DNA of 64,000 nucleotides. Origin: Lingula anatina. Its lineage: Eukaryota; Animalia; Brachiopoda. The notes beneath the pieces were generated by a model, which saw nothing but the letters and a program-made list of their open reading frames with translations, did not search any database and had not been told where the DNA came from. Position numbers and translations under genes: made by a program. Of this stretch, positions 13,801 to 25,500 are shown piece by piece. The stretch is from the NCBI GenBank assembly GCA_051362555.1, contig CM120641.1:7626001-7690000 (forward strand), written 5' to 3'. Position 1 is the first letter of the stretch. The number at the start of each line of letters is the position of its first letter.

Positions 13801-16006
13801 CGCCAAAATCATGACACTAGTGAACATTGTGTATCAAACGTTTTGATACGATTAAATAAATGTGCAAGAAGGATTACGGAATGAGTTACTATTTACCTCC
13901 CCCCCCCTCCCCCCCCTCCCCCCAAAAAAATGCTCTTTTGATTTCGAAATGAATTTGTTTTTAACGTAAAGAAATCCAATACCCCTTTTACGACTCAGTC
14001 ATTGTACAGCATGTTGTAATCGATATTTAAAAAAGTTCATAACTTGGACCGGAGTTTGATATACAGTGTACTGTAGCTACAATGGCATTCCTCAAGTTGG
14101 GTCTGCTGGGGGAGGGGGGCATTTAAATGATAAACGAAGAAGTCCACCTGTAAACAGCAGCGGTTTAAATGATCGCTATCTCGGTTCCTTTTTCTTTGAC
14201 AGCATCATAGAAAATGTTAAGGGAGAAAGTCACACATACCCACGGCGTTGTTTTGTCTTCAGTATTTCCTCCTTCCTGCTTACTGCAATTATTATCGTCA
14301 ATTAATTAAACCGAGAAAGCAATTAAATGATGGCACATTGAATATAATCACTATGTGCATTTCGCTGAGTGTAAACAAGATCTAGCGAAACATTTTATTT
14401 CAAAATAAATTTATATGTGATTTCACCTCTGTCGTTTGTGTTATTTCAAACAAAACGATTTCCTGAAAGACCAACTTTAAAATGTATGTCTATTCAGCAA
14501 AATAATGTAATTTAATACAACTATGAGTAATGTATTTAAACCACGGCCGTATATGCGATGGCCATGTGGGATTATAATTGCATATCTTGATGCAAAACAG
14601 TCTATCGTTTCTCCCACCGCAAGTCCCTTTAATTAATGTATTATATTACTCTTTACCCTTTTTATTTGACACTGTCTCTGTTTCTCTCCCCTTTTCCTTT
14701 CTCTTGTAAGAAGGAGGGCAAATAATTAAGCATTCAAAATATGCATCACCAATCTTCAGAAAAGAATGAGTGAATGAACCAATGGGCTGGCCCACAACGT
14801 CCGACACAGCAGAATAAATTAAATAACAGCTTTCACAGATTTAACTGCAGTTAGCTGTATAGCGTCACTATATACATAATCCGCTGCACGCGCGAAGCTG
14901 TTGAACAAAAGGATAGTTCTCTATGGAAGACCTTTTGTTTACATAAGTACTTTAAGGGGGCGTGCCTAACCAGGCGACAAGAGGATTAGGCTAGTCACTA
15001 TATTCCGTCAAATTCGTTTAGCGACCCTATCATTATCGCACTCCCTCTATTGTATTTTCTGACGTTATAATTGTATCTAATCTTCTTACGTTAGATGGAA
15101 TAAATGCACACATACATAATCTTATGACTGTAGTTAGACCTAACGCTTCAAAATTCAACATAAAATAGCAAAATTATGTCTACTTTCAAAATGGCGGGTG
15201 GCGGCCATCTTGGATTTGAGGCACAACATGGCCACCAATTGCTTCCAAATGATCAAAAATGGGTTCCTTGTCCCTAATTTAGTCAGGTTTGATAATCTAT
15301 ACATGTTTCTAGGCCAAAAATTAATGGAAATATGAAATATTATATATTTTGGCACATAATTTGCATAATTTATGCTAATTAATGTATCGATAGAGGGCGT
15401 CTCTTTGGATAAAAAAATTTCTTTTGGCCCAAGGAACATTTATGCCAAGTTAGACATTTGTACTACAAAATGCAGCGTTTGGCCATTTTTTGGTCCTTAA
15501 CAAGCCTACTAACCTAGCTGTCTCTGGGGAAATACTCGTCCCACTCGTGAAGCGCATCATGAAAATGATCGTAGGTGAGGGAAACATATAATTAGCAATT
15601 ATAATTGTCGTCTTTTTTAATGTTAAGTAATGTTAGCACATATTGTACACAGCAAAATAAGATTTTAAAAGGAGGATAAAACAAGCCTGAAACACGTGTT
15701 AGGCGAAAATTGCGGCTTATCTTGCGTAACACTTCCGGTAAAATGCAATACTTCCGGAAAGATGGACGTTTTAGCAGATGCCCCTAACAATCCGACGATA
15801 TCAAAGGTTTCCATTTGCTGTATTTTAATCAATTCGACCAAACGGACATTTCCATGAAATTAATTAATTAATCTTGGTCGAATTGTTTGGCATATTACCG
15901 TACTGTTTCTTTCCTTTTATGATAATGTTACGAGTGAACAGACAACTGTTATCAACAAAAACTTTGTTTGTAATGTCTGGACACCATCTGGTCAATTTTT
16001 TTTCAG

Positions 16007-19000
16007 GTGATCCATGTGAAAAACAGAGCTCAAATTATAGATGATGCCTTCAACATAGCAAAGTAAGAATGATGAGTAGATATTTAAGATGATTTGGTTC
16101 TTTTTTTAAGGAAGAAAAATATATCCCAGCAAAATGTACTGTTTTTTTGTCTTCTGTAAAATATGAAGTAATATTTTGTGTTTTCTTCTAAAATATGAGG
16201 TCCTCCTTATATTTTATTGTGTTATTCAGCTGTTAGAGAGTTTTGTATTTTTGAATGTCCTGTATGTAATACTCAAAAGGTGAATATAAAATGCTAAATG
16301 TGTGTTCTTTTAGTTCTGGCATTGATCCAGCTGTGGACATAGAGCTAGCTATGCAGACGACCAAGTATTTATCCAAAGAGACAGAGTACATCCCGTGGGA
16401 GGCAGCACTCTTGAATGTTGGTTACTTGGACATTATGATGAGCAAAACCCAACACTATGGAAACTACCAGGTATATCTTTCAAGTTCTCTTCTGCAAGTT
16501 GCGGGATTACAATGAATTGTTGCTTTTGAAATGCCAACAGGTGTTATCATTGTTGCCTTAAAAGAGCAATTATTTGGAAAACCAGCCAATATAAAATGGT
16601 AGGAACAGTCAATACAATATGAGAAATTGGTGTGAGGTTTACCCTCAGAAATCATGAACTCACATGCAACCAAATGGAAATGTTTCTTTATTCACTTAAT
16701 ATTTGAACAGGTTTGGTTGTATTCCTCATTTTTAGTGCCATGAAATTATCCAGATTTATCTAGTATTTCAAAATCATTGATGTACAAATGGATTTAGCTT
16801 AGCATGTATATATCTTATTTCCATAGTGAGTTTGAACAGTGAAAGTACCATTTTTGGTGAGACATTGCCTTAATTTATCTATTAATCTTAATATCAATCT
16901 TGTGATTTCCAGAAGTACATGTTGCACCAGATATTACCACTGTACAACAGGGTGGGATGGGAGGATACTGGAGGGCCTGGAGAGCACCTTGAACAGTAAG
17001 GATTTATAATAAACTACATATGTCTGTCTTGTTTGTCATCTTTATAATAAGATGTTGCCACGCTGTTAAAAATATATTATGAATGTTGGGTTTCATATTT
17101 TGTTTTTGTTCTTTCTTTTCAACTTTTCCTTTACTTGACATATCTCTTCAGTTACAATAGGATCAATGCTTTGGGTAGAGCCTGTGCCTATGGATACCAA
17201 CCTTGCCTGGATAAAGCCACAGAGATGTTCAACAGTTGGATGAATTCAGCAAACCCTGATGAAGATAACCCGTAAGTAGGGTCTGACTGTTTTAAGTAGT
17301 TTTTGTGAAACTATTGAATTCAGTCTAAACCTACCACAGAGCATTGTGTTAAATGCATTGTGGTATAAATGATCAATTTAAACTAATTGCAATCAACTTT
17401 TGAAACAAGGGGGGATTGAGCTTTGTATCTGATTATGTGTGATTATATATCATCATGTATATATTAATAAATTGAAGATTAGGGCCCAGGCTAACAGTTA
17501 GGTCAAATAACAGGCAAATTGTTTTTTCTTTTTCTCTCAGAATTCCACCAAATTTGAAATCTTTGGTCTATTGCAACGCCATTAAGAAAGGCACTTCCCA
17601 GATGTGGGACTGGACATATGAAAGATACAAGAAGGCCAATGTGGCATCAGAACAAGTCAAGCTGCTGTATGGACTGTCTTGTAGTTCTCAGACTTGGATT
17701 CTTAGCAGGTGAATGTCTCTGTTGGTTTTTTTCAAATTTTGTTAAGTATCGATCTACTATATTGCAGTAGAAGTTTGTTAATATTAATGCATGCATTTCT
17801 ATAGATATGAGTAATGATGAATAGGAGGGTCAAGAAACCCTCAAATTTATATGCATTTGAAAATGATAGACGTAAAGAGTGAAGATATGTTTAACTTTAT
17901 TTTTCTACTAGAGTTTGCTTGTTTGGTGATCAGGACACTTTACAATCATAAGAATTTTTTTATTTCAAAAGCTTTAACATTAATGAAAATTCGATGGGGA
18001 TAGATTAGATGATACATGATTTTGATATTCATCAGATATCTAGAGTATGCCATAACTTCAAGTGAGATTCGTAAACAAGATGGCACCTCAGTAATTGTGT
18101 ATGTTGCAAGGAACCATATTGGAAGAGGTCTTGCCTGGGACTTCATCAGGTCTAAATGGAACTTTTTAATGAATGAGTAAGTAGATCTGTGATATGGGTG
18201 TAATTTTGGAACTACTTGTTGTATTGGTAATTAACAAGCATGTGTGATTCAAATGAATATTTGTGTTTTGTTCATGGGGCCATTTAAATAAGACTTATCC
18301 ATTTAATTTGAATATTGATAATAATATGTTTTGTCATAGTTAATTGAAGTCATTGCTATTAATTGTACTATGTTCATAACACCGGATTGTTTGCATGGCT
18401 TTACTTTTGTCTTAAGTGGTGAAATTCAGTAACTTTCGATGTTCAAAATTCATAAAATCCAAGTGTCGTTATAAAAAGGTTAACCTCTTCATTACAGTTA
18501 TGGTGGTGGAAGCTTCTCTTTCTCCAGTATCATCAGAGGAGTTACCACTCACTTCAACACACAGTTTGAACTAGAAAAAGTAAGTCAATTTTTTCATCCA
18601 TTCTCTGTGAGCACTGGAAGTACTCATGGTGAAACCAGGAAATAGTTGGAATAACATTTTTATACTCCAACATAAATGATGCAGTGAAGGAAATAGGAGG
18701 GATATTGAACTTGTAAAACTAAAATAGTCAAACTTGGAAACGTATGTTGAGATATTAAATTTACATGAATAACCAGGTCTTTTCATTATCAAGGTGGTTG
18801 TTGTGAAATGCTCTGAAGAAAACACAGCAAAAAACATACTGATAACAAGAGTGAGAGAGAACAAATGATAAAAAGTTATAATTATGTTATAACATTTATA
18901 AGAATTGTAATCTTATTCCAATTTTAGTTAAATGAATTCATATCTAGCCGTGACAATCTGGGATCAGGTCAGCGTGCCTTTGAACAAGCTGTGGAGAAGA

Positions 19001-19070
19001 CACAGGCAAATATCAAGTGGATGGAGGCCAATGAACAGAAACTGGGAGATTGGCTGGCAGCAAATGTAGA
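16007..19070 (+). CDS. ANPEP: M1 aminopeptidase N-like, upstream unit: last 8 exons (ERAP1-C domain); catalytic exons not in window
   Basis: GT-AG exons 16007-16062, 16314-16470, 16913-16995, 17152-17271, 17541-17708, 18036-18176, 18498-18579 and 18928-19070 join in frame. Peptides include NRAQIIDDAF, ETEYIPW, NLKSLVYC, IRKQD, LAWDF and QAVEKTQANIKW. Confidence 0.9.
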
Positions 19071-19526
19071 GTAAGTGGCATCAGAAATCATCATTCCTTC
19101 TATAATGTAACTGTATGATTATGAATATAATTTCATTGAATTTTGTTTTATTTTAGTTTAAAAGGATTTCAGTTGTAAAATACAAAGCAAATTCAATTTT
19201 GAAATATTAAAATGTTTAAGATGAAAAGGTTTTAAAGATGATTAAATTGTTAAAACAGACATTTTTGTATTAGTGTATTATTATTATTCCTAAGTGCTGT
19301 TTTAAATGGTTAAATGTGCATGAAATGAAATATATTGAGCTAATGTAGTATTCTCTATCAGAGTTTTTGTTCAATTTCTTTTCTTTTGGTACGTGTAAGC
19401 AAGAAATTTAAATGCAGTAAGATTTTCCCGTTTTTTTGTACAATCAGTGATCTGGAATTTGGTACTTTGCAACAAAGTCAAAAAATGTCATGTGCTGTTG
19501 AACTTGATTGTCTTCTTTTTTAACAG

Positions 19527-22500
19527 CTCTACAGATTTGGTCACTAAACCAACTGATGTCCGCCTGCCTGCTGACCTCATGCCTTCCTATTATAAGCTGG
19601 AGTTGCGACCTGATATATATCAAGAGGAACCAAAAGATTTTAATTTCAGTGGCAAAGTAGACATAACCATGCATTGTAATAATGCCACAAATGTTATCAA
19701 ACTGCACATCAAAAGTTTGACCATAGATGGAGTGGAATTGGTTGATATGAATGGTTTGCCAGTGCCATATACAAATACTGAAGAGGACAAATCAAGAGAG
19801 TTCTTCATTGTAAATCTACCACAGATGTTGGTTCAGGGAATGAATTACACATTAACATTAAATTTCTCAGGACCTCTGAGGGATGATCTAGTAGGGCTTT
19901 ACTGGAGTCAATATTTCAGCAGTATGAAGAATAAGACTGTGTAAGTTTCGTTCATTTAAAGATACCATGGCTTTAATTTGGTGACACTTCAAACATTTCA
20001 ACATAGTTTAGATATTTACAAATTCTATTCTGGCTATGGGCATTGGAGTGGCATGATAGATATTCTTAAATGGCAGATTTGTTTGTATAGCCACTGCCCA
20101 GATGTAGCCCACAGATGTCCCTGTTTTGATGAAACTGTAATTAAAGCTGTATTTTAAGTGTATTTAGAGAGGTCATATCATATGAAATCCTTACTGCACA
20201 TGCCTCAGTTAATATAGAGGGCATTCTCAACGAATTAAGCCAGGCTTTACAAAGCCGGTGACCTAAAAATGGCGGACGTACATGAAAGAAAAACCGCCTA
20301 ATCTTTTAATAGTCTCTCCGCCTCTCACACGCCTCCCCACACGTCGTCCCTGCGGGGTACAGTAATTAAATCTCGGTTCCGAACATTAATATTTCCGTGA
20401 ATATCTCTGGTGATATTATCTCCATAGATAGTCGATTCATTGCTGCTCTACGGGCCAAATTATTCCTTTTTCGTCTCTGTTTTCAAAGATAATAGAACAG
20501 AAGAGCTTTTTTCCTTCGATCGCCTTCAGCCGCCATGCTTTCTTCACCACGAGTTTAACTGATGAGCATGCGCACTTAATATTTCTCAGGTAGCTTCCGC
20601 ATGGCGAATGGAGACACGATTTAATTACTGTACCCCGCAGGGACGACGTGTGGGGAGGCGGAGAGACTATTAAAAGATTAGGCGGTTTTTCTTTCATGTA
20701 CGTCCGCCATTTTTAGGCTTTGTAAAGCCTGGCTTAATTCGTTGAGAATGCGCTCATAGACTATTAATGTAGATAAGTGTGCATTTTTGCAATCAAAAGT
20801 GGTATTTTATCCTTATCAATAGCCACATAGCCACCAGTCAACTAGCTCCAACTGATGCAAGAAAAGTTTTTCCCTGTTTTGATGAGCCTGCCATCAAAGC
20901 TGAATTTGAAGTGATTTTACTTAGGAAAAGCCACATGAAATCACTTTCAAATATGCCTCAGCGCTTTAATCAATCAAGGTGAGTGAACAGCAGTATTCTT
21001 TGTTGCATCTAACACCTAATGACCTGGCACTTCACTTGGTAACCTCTAAATGGACACCAACGTTCTTTACAATATTGAATATTTGGTGATGTCAGTTTAA
21101 CTGTTTTGATGTAAGAAAGACCACCTCTGAATACTTAGAGACTTTGCTTAAACTTAACTTTTATTACACTGGTTACACCTGGCCACCTTTGTCACATGCT
21201 GTTTTTTCCAGTTCTATTTTGTGTTCTTTCTTTCTATTTTACAGTAAATATATATGTATATGTGTGCTATCATATTTATATCTCCTCTATCCCATGTAGT
21301 ATAAGAAGCAATTAAAGAAATCAAATAACAAACAATATATATATATATATATATATGGCCAGTTAGGTCCACTTGAGAATTAATACAATTTTATTTGAAC
21401 AAATTAACTATGCTATAAAAAAAGTAACCTATAATAATTGATAATAGTTCTGAACTTAAATATTACAACAATAACGTATTCTCTGATTATTTGTATTTTA
21501 TCTTACAGAGGAGATGACTGGTATGCAGATCACTATGCTCCAACAGTCAAAATGTCCACATATCTCCTTGCATTTGTTGTCTGTGATTTTGACTATGTTG
21601 AAAACACAACGGCTAATGGAACAAAAGTAAGATAATCGAATAGATTATTGAATTTAGCACAATTTAGATATTCTAATTGTTCATTAATTTATGGGGAAGC
21701 TGAGGAGGATGTTGGGTAGAGATTTTTTCAACATGATTATTCAAGTCATTGTTTGGAAAAGGGCATTTAGAAATGTTAAAATTATCCATGATTTCATTAA
21801 AAAAAATAAAAATGAAAATATTTGTCTCTCAGGTCAGAGTTTGGGCAAGAGCAGAGGCAATGAACCAGACACTATATGCTCTACAGGCAGGAGTCAGAAT
21901 ACTGGGATATTTTGAAAGATACTATGCCATTGATTATCCTCTTCCTAAGCAAGGTATAAACAATCTGAAGTTTTTTCTGCAATCTTCAAATTTATTTTTA
22001 AATAACTGAATTAATGCTCTAATCAATAAGCAGATGGACAAACAATTCAGCATTTTAGATGATAAATTGATTTGAAGTTGTATTATTTTTAAATAGAAAA
22101 CATGTTGCGTATCTCTAGTAAAAATGTTAATAAAAAACTTAATTGTTTTTCACATAGACATGATAGCTATCCCAGACTTTGCTGCTGGAGCCATGGAAAA
22201 CTGGGGTCTGATTACTTACAGGGAGACGGCTCTGCTTTATGACCCTAAAGTGTCGTCTGCTAGTAATAAACAGAGAGTGGCAGTTGTTGTGTCACATGAA
22301 CTGGCCCATCAGGTTTTTATTAATTGTCTTTTTAATTATTTTTAAGATACACATGTATATTTTATTTCACCAACAAAACTGTCATATGTCCCATCCATTC
22401 TGCTAGAGAAATGCTTAACATTTCATACCAGAGAGCAATTGTCACAGACTTGAATTCATTTTCAGTCATTATTTCATGTAATCTGCAAAATCTGCAAAAA

Positions 22501-25500
22501 TTAACATTGAAACGGGAAGATAACTGGTAAATGTTTTTCTTTATATTTCATTGAATGTTAATGATATAAAACTAAAGGAAATTACCTTTTCCTTCCAGTG
22601 GTTTGGCAACCTGGTAACTCCACTGTGGTGGGATGACATTTGGCTTAACGAAGGATTTGCCAGCTATGTGGAATACCTGGGAGTGGACTACATAGAGCCA
22701 ACATGGAAAATGGTAAAATTTTGCTGTTACTAAGATATGAGCAAATTCCTGAGAAAACTGTAACAGTTCTATTTAAACAATGTGTTTTAATATCTGCAAT
22801 CTGTGTATTTTCCTCAACTGAAGATCATTTTTCATGGGTCATATATAGTGTCACTTTCTCATAATATTGTGAGGTTTTACTTATAACACAATTTTGCATA
22901 CCATTTACAGATGGAACAGTTTTTAGTTGAAGATCTTGAGTATGTGTTCAAATTGGATGGCCTTGCTAGCTCACACCCCATCTATGTTCCTGTGGGACAT
23001 CCTGATGAGATCAATGAGATATTTGACAGGATCTCTTATTCTAAGGTATGGCTCTTTTTGTCACCCATATTGTATATGTTAATTCACCACATTAGGTATG
23101 TGCAGACAGGTTAAAAACTTAATCCTGCCCTTTCTTAGAGATCTGGCTCATGTAGTGTATTAAAGATCAGAATGATTTTAGTTAAAAACCCCACCAGATT
23201 GCAGTTCTTCTCAGCTTCATCTTTGAATCCAAAATTATTCATCTTTGATTGAAACTGGCCATATTGCCTTTATGAGACAATATGCCCAGATATACTTAAA
23301 TACTTAAATATAAGAAATTTTTTACATTTCAGGGAGCCTCAATAATCAGAATGATGAGCAGCTTTTTAACAGAGGACACTTTCAAGAAAGGATTAACTGT
23401 AAGTTTGAGTAACAGAAAGAAATGAATAAATACAACAAGTAGAATACTATAGTAAGATACATTTCAAGTGTACATCATTTCCTTTTTGGCTGTATCTAAT
23501 TAGAAAATTCTTTGTTTAATTTAGTTTAGGTTTTGTTGGAATGTTAAGAGAAAATCTTATGGTCATACCTATGTAATTCCAAATATATTATAAGCTGAGA
23601 AGCATAGAAAATCTCATTTGGTTCACTTAATATTTGCAGCTTTATCTCAATAAGCATGCCTATGATGTCGCCACCCATGATGATCTGTGGAATGCCCTGA
23701 GCACAGTATGTTTTTTACTGTTGAAATATTTGAAATATACGAATACAGAATGATTATCCAGTGAATATACATAAATACACATTTGAAAGGAATAGTTTAT
23801 TTAATTGAAACATACTTGATAAATATTTGTACCATATACTCCTTGGTTATTAAAATTCAACAAGATTATAGAATTATGGACAGGATAAGAAAGAACAGAT
23901 ATTAATGTACCTTCTAATAAGAGAGTTTGTGAAAAAATTGATAATGTCAGTTTATAATGGAGATCAGGGTCAGTTGCAGTATATTTATGCCATCATTTGA
24001 AGAAGTGGGGGTATATTGCTTTGCACATGTCAGTCTGTCCTTAACCAGAGCCTGTTCATAAAGAAAAATTTGGTCCATGGTATTCATATTTGGTAGAGAG
24101 GTATGTTGATTTTGAGGTCAGTACTGGTAGGTCAAAGGTAAAGGTCACAGATATGGTACAGAATTTATACTTAAACCACTTTCAGCAAACTGCTTCAGAG
24201 GGGAGGGCTATTGATGTTAAGAGCATAATGGACACTTGGACACTCCAAATGGGCTACCCTGTTGTCAAGGTGGATGTCCAGACAAGGAATGTCACCCAGA
24301 TGCACTTCTTACAGGACCCCTCTGCTACACCTGATCCCAAATATGACTCAAGCTTTAAGTAAGTTCATTGCAGGCATTCATAGTTTGATATTACACTATA
24401 TATACATAAATGTAGGTATTTTCGTGTTTATTGATTTTATGCAATGGCCAACAAATTCAGTGCCTTCTTGGAAACTAGAATGTTTTCAAAGTGTCTTTAA
24501 AATGTACAGTTGCCCATACTTGATTAGTTTATTTATTCAGTTAATCACATTAAAAAAACACATCTGATCTTGAAAGATGTATTGCATGATTATGATAAAG
24601 AAAGTACATACATAACAGCCTTTTGACTCTAGTTTGAATTAAACTGACAATATATTTTCCACTAGTTACAAGTGGTATGTTCCTCTGACACTGACTTCTT
24701 CACAACACGTAGATTGGAATAGCCAAAACATTATTTGGATGAACTTGACTGATGGTAAGTACAATGGACAAGTAAATTGCTTGATATCTTTACAAACATA
24801 ACCTGTCATATGTATTTTAAACAAATGGACACAATGGATGCAATGTGTAACTTACATTATTAGTAATAAATAATGCATATTCATGCATTACTAGTTGTGC
24901 AACTGTAGGTCATTTTTCAAAGCACTCGCAGTCATATGTAGATTTCCAAAATTCTCAAAGAACATACAAACTGGGGTTAAAAATATCAGTTTATTAAAGA
25001 GACCACCTCATTAATAAAAGCTGTTGAGGTGTGATTTGTTCTGTTGCTATAGTTACCCTGACATCAGCTGATATGGGCAGTCCTGATCCTACCAATGGTG
25101 ACTGGGTTATTGCCAATCTTCAGCAATTTGGATACTATAGGGTGAACTATGACCTTCAAAACTGGCAGAATATTCTAACGCAGTTGTCTGTTAACCACGC
25201 AGTAAGTATTGGGGAAAATTAACATCAGTAAATTCTTGAGAATTTTATAAGAAAGCCTGCAGAATTACAGTATTAGTTTGGGTTACCTTTTTGATATTTA
25301 GTGTAGAATTTCTTTTTTAGACACTATTTATCGATGCTGCAATTGTATATAGAAAATAATAAATCAATTTCTTTTTGTAATAATAAATATAAAAAAGCAT
25401 ACAAATATCAACAATAATTTACTTTTGATGTATCATAATACTTTGGTTTAAATTTGATTGATTTAAGATAGTTCTCTCTGAGACAGTGTTAAACTTCTTT

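Larger units (their letters stand above)
9183..15130. mobile_element. ~5.95-kb non-coding insertion with CAGT...ACTG ends and TA TSD, splitting the right TIR of the Academ-like element
   Basis: The uninterrupted arm reads AAGTA-TA-GTTAGACC; here it reads AAGTA-TA-[CAGT...ACTG]-TA-GTTAGACC. A subterminal inverted repeat pairs 9538-9580 with 14874-14916 (36/43 match). Confidence 0.85.
3511..15511. mobile_element. Academ-like DNA transposon (non-autonomous or decayed) with ~0.8-kb terminal inverted repeats
   Basis: Starts TAGTAGGCTTGTTAAG (3511) and ends CTTAACAAGCCTACTA (15511). ACC flanks both ends (3508-3510, 15512-15514). The left arm 3511-~4300 is the reverse complement of 15131-15511 plus ~8760-9182. 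The family call is inferred from TAG termini, long TIRs and the 3-bp TSD. Confidence 0.8.

Noticed and set aside
3573-15439. Duplicated small ORFs (MFLG.KE..., MPTKICV...)
   Set aside because: They lie in the two TIRs of the same transposon and show no coding signature.
19447-19526. Hydrophobic start of ORF 19447-19944 as the signal anchor of an independent aminopeptidase gene
   Set aside because: The start is GTG, not ATG, and the hydrophobic residues come from the polypyrimidine tract of the acceptor at 19526.
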